Origin: a phage
Strand: one strand, 5' to 3'
NCBI GenBank assembly: GCA_027263115.1
Contig: GCA_027263115.1_3656.1
DNA: 64,000 bases
Shown here: one piece after another, positions 63,134-64,000 of the stretch
Layout: each line of letters starts with the position of its first letter
How positions within the stretch are numbered: position 1 is the stretch's first letter
Translations under genes and position numbers: made by a program
Notes under the pieces: generated by a model
Told to the model about the DNA's origin: nothing
The model's input: the letters and a program-made list of their open reading frames with translations, nothing else
Databases searched by the model: none

Positions 63134-64000
63134 TGTCTGAAAAAACGATTACTATTAAAGAGAAGGGGATTGCCCTGTGCCACAAGGCGCAAGGCTATAG
63201 CGCTAACAACAGACCTGTATCTCTTTTGATGAAGAGTGATCTTAATCCTGAGCAGTTAACAGACGATATTGTTAAGGCACTTCGTCAAGTTACTGTGGAG
63301 CTTAGTTTTGAAGAATACCTGCGTCGTTTCTTCGATATGTGGTATGATGATGCTAAAGCACTTGCACACATGCTTGGCTTTGAGATTGAAGAAGAGGCTT
63401 GGGCTAAAGAGCATCCTGATTGGGAATGGGCGCAAGCTGACGCAGAGTCTTGTATTGCATGGCTGGAAGAGCGTTGTGATAACGTGACCATTCATAAAGC
63501 TGCAAAAGAAGGCAAGCAGCTTAGTGTGGTAGATCAATACAGTCTGTTAAAAACACAACAGATTTTTGAACAAGTAACCGCTGATCTCTTCGATAAAGAA
63601 GGGAACCTGATTAAGGCGGTACAGGAACCTGCTGAGGTGGATAAAACTACCAAGGTGGATGATATTGAAAAATCCGCAAATACCGAGGAGAATCCGGTGG
63701 ACGTAACCAAAACCAAAGAGTACCTGGACCTGCTGAAGCAAGTAGAAGAGCTGAAAGCGACCCAGAGTAAAGCTGAAGAAATTATTAAGGCCCAGGTTGA
63801 AGTTGAAAAAGCTAAAATGCTGACTAAGGCCCAAGCTTTAAGCTTTGTCGGTGAAGAAGATCATGCAACCTTGGTTGACTTCATGCTGGAAAAAGCTAAC
63901 GAACCTATCGTAGCTATGCTGGAGAAAGCTCAAGCACGCATCGCAGAGCTGCAAGCTGAAGTTGAAAAAGCTAAAGAAGAGTTTGCCACTACCGAGCACG
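63133..64000 (+). CDS. scaffold-like coiled-coil protein, N-terminal part (continues past window end)
   Basis: Open frame from ATG at about 63133 to window end without stop; Glu/Lys/Ala-rich helical repeats. Confidence 0.5.
   Translation, partial: MSEKTITIKEKGIALCHKAQGYSANNRPVSLLMKSDLNPEQLTDDIVKALRQVTVELSFEEYLRRFFDMWYDDAKALAHMLGFEIEEEAWAKEHPDWEWAQADAESCIAWLEERCDNVTIHKAAKEGKQLSVVDQYSLLKTQQIFEQVTADLFDKEGNLIKAVQEPAEVDKTTKVDDIEKSANTEENPVDVTKTKEYLDLLKQVEELKATQSKAEEIIKAQVEVEKAKMLTKAQALSFVGEEDHATLVDFMLEKANEPIVAMLEKAQARIAELQAEVEKAKEEFATTEH

Noticed and set aside
63256-63834. Minus-strand track ORFs at the right edge (63256..63537, 63285..63491, 63534..63716, 63547..63834)
   Set aside because: They lie antisense to a long uninterrupted plus-strand frame (scaffold-like gene from about 63133 to the window end) that follows the portal/head gene order.
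1-64000. Prophage or mobile-element signatures (integrase, transposase, att sites, IS elements)
   Set aside because: No recombinase or transposase-like ORF and no terminal inverted repeats flanking a cargo; gene content is that of a virulent phage.

Overview
This window reads as a contiguous segment of a large virulent tailed-phage genome (Caudoviricetes, probably infecting a Gram-negative host given the sigma70-type promoters). No integrase, transposase or CRISPR array was seen. All calls are from reading the sequence and ORF track by eye; no searches were run, and hand-derived coordinates (promoters, terminators, repeats, tRNAs, sub-60-aa ORFs) may be off by 1-3 nt. There are four blocks. 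(1) 1-14.3 kb: a rightward array of about 45 short early-type genes, most with their own near-consensus TTGACA/TATAAT promoter, a GC hairpin, a CA-rich leader and a strong Shine-Dalgarno; it includes a macro-domain protein and several very acidic or membrane proteins. (2) 14.3-16.9 kb: an ORF-free convergent region packed with palindromes, tandem short-repeat arrays and dispersed motifs, a candidate origin, packaging or terminus-like element. (3) 16.9-53.6 kb: a leftward block of about 30 small, partly paralogous unknown genes plus a ribosome hibernation factor, followed by nucleotide-metabolism and DNA-repair genes (nrdA, nrdB, nrdD, nrdG, glutaredoxin, ThyX-like, PhoH, ClpP-like protease, two orphan DNA methyltransferases, exonucleases, two resolvase-type nucleases, lambda R-like lysozyme, ATP-dependent ligase, Sir2-like protein, Rnl2-like RNA ligase). 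(4) 53.7-64 kb: a rightward block with a Pnk-like kinase and a metallophosphoesterase (a candidate tRNA-repair trio with the RNA ligase), a winged-helix protein followed by four palindromic iterons, six canonical tRNAs plus one atypical tRNA-like element, a spanin pair, large terminase, portal and the start of a scaffold-like gene.
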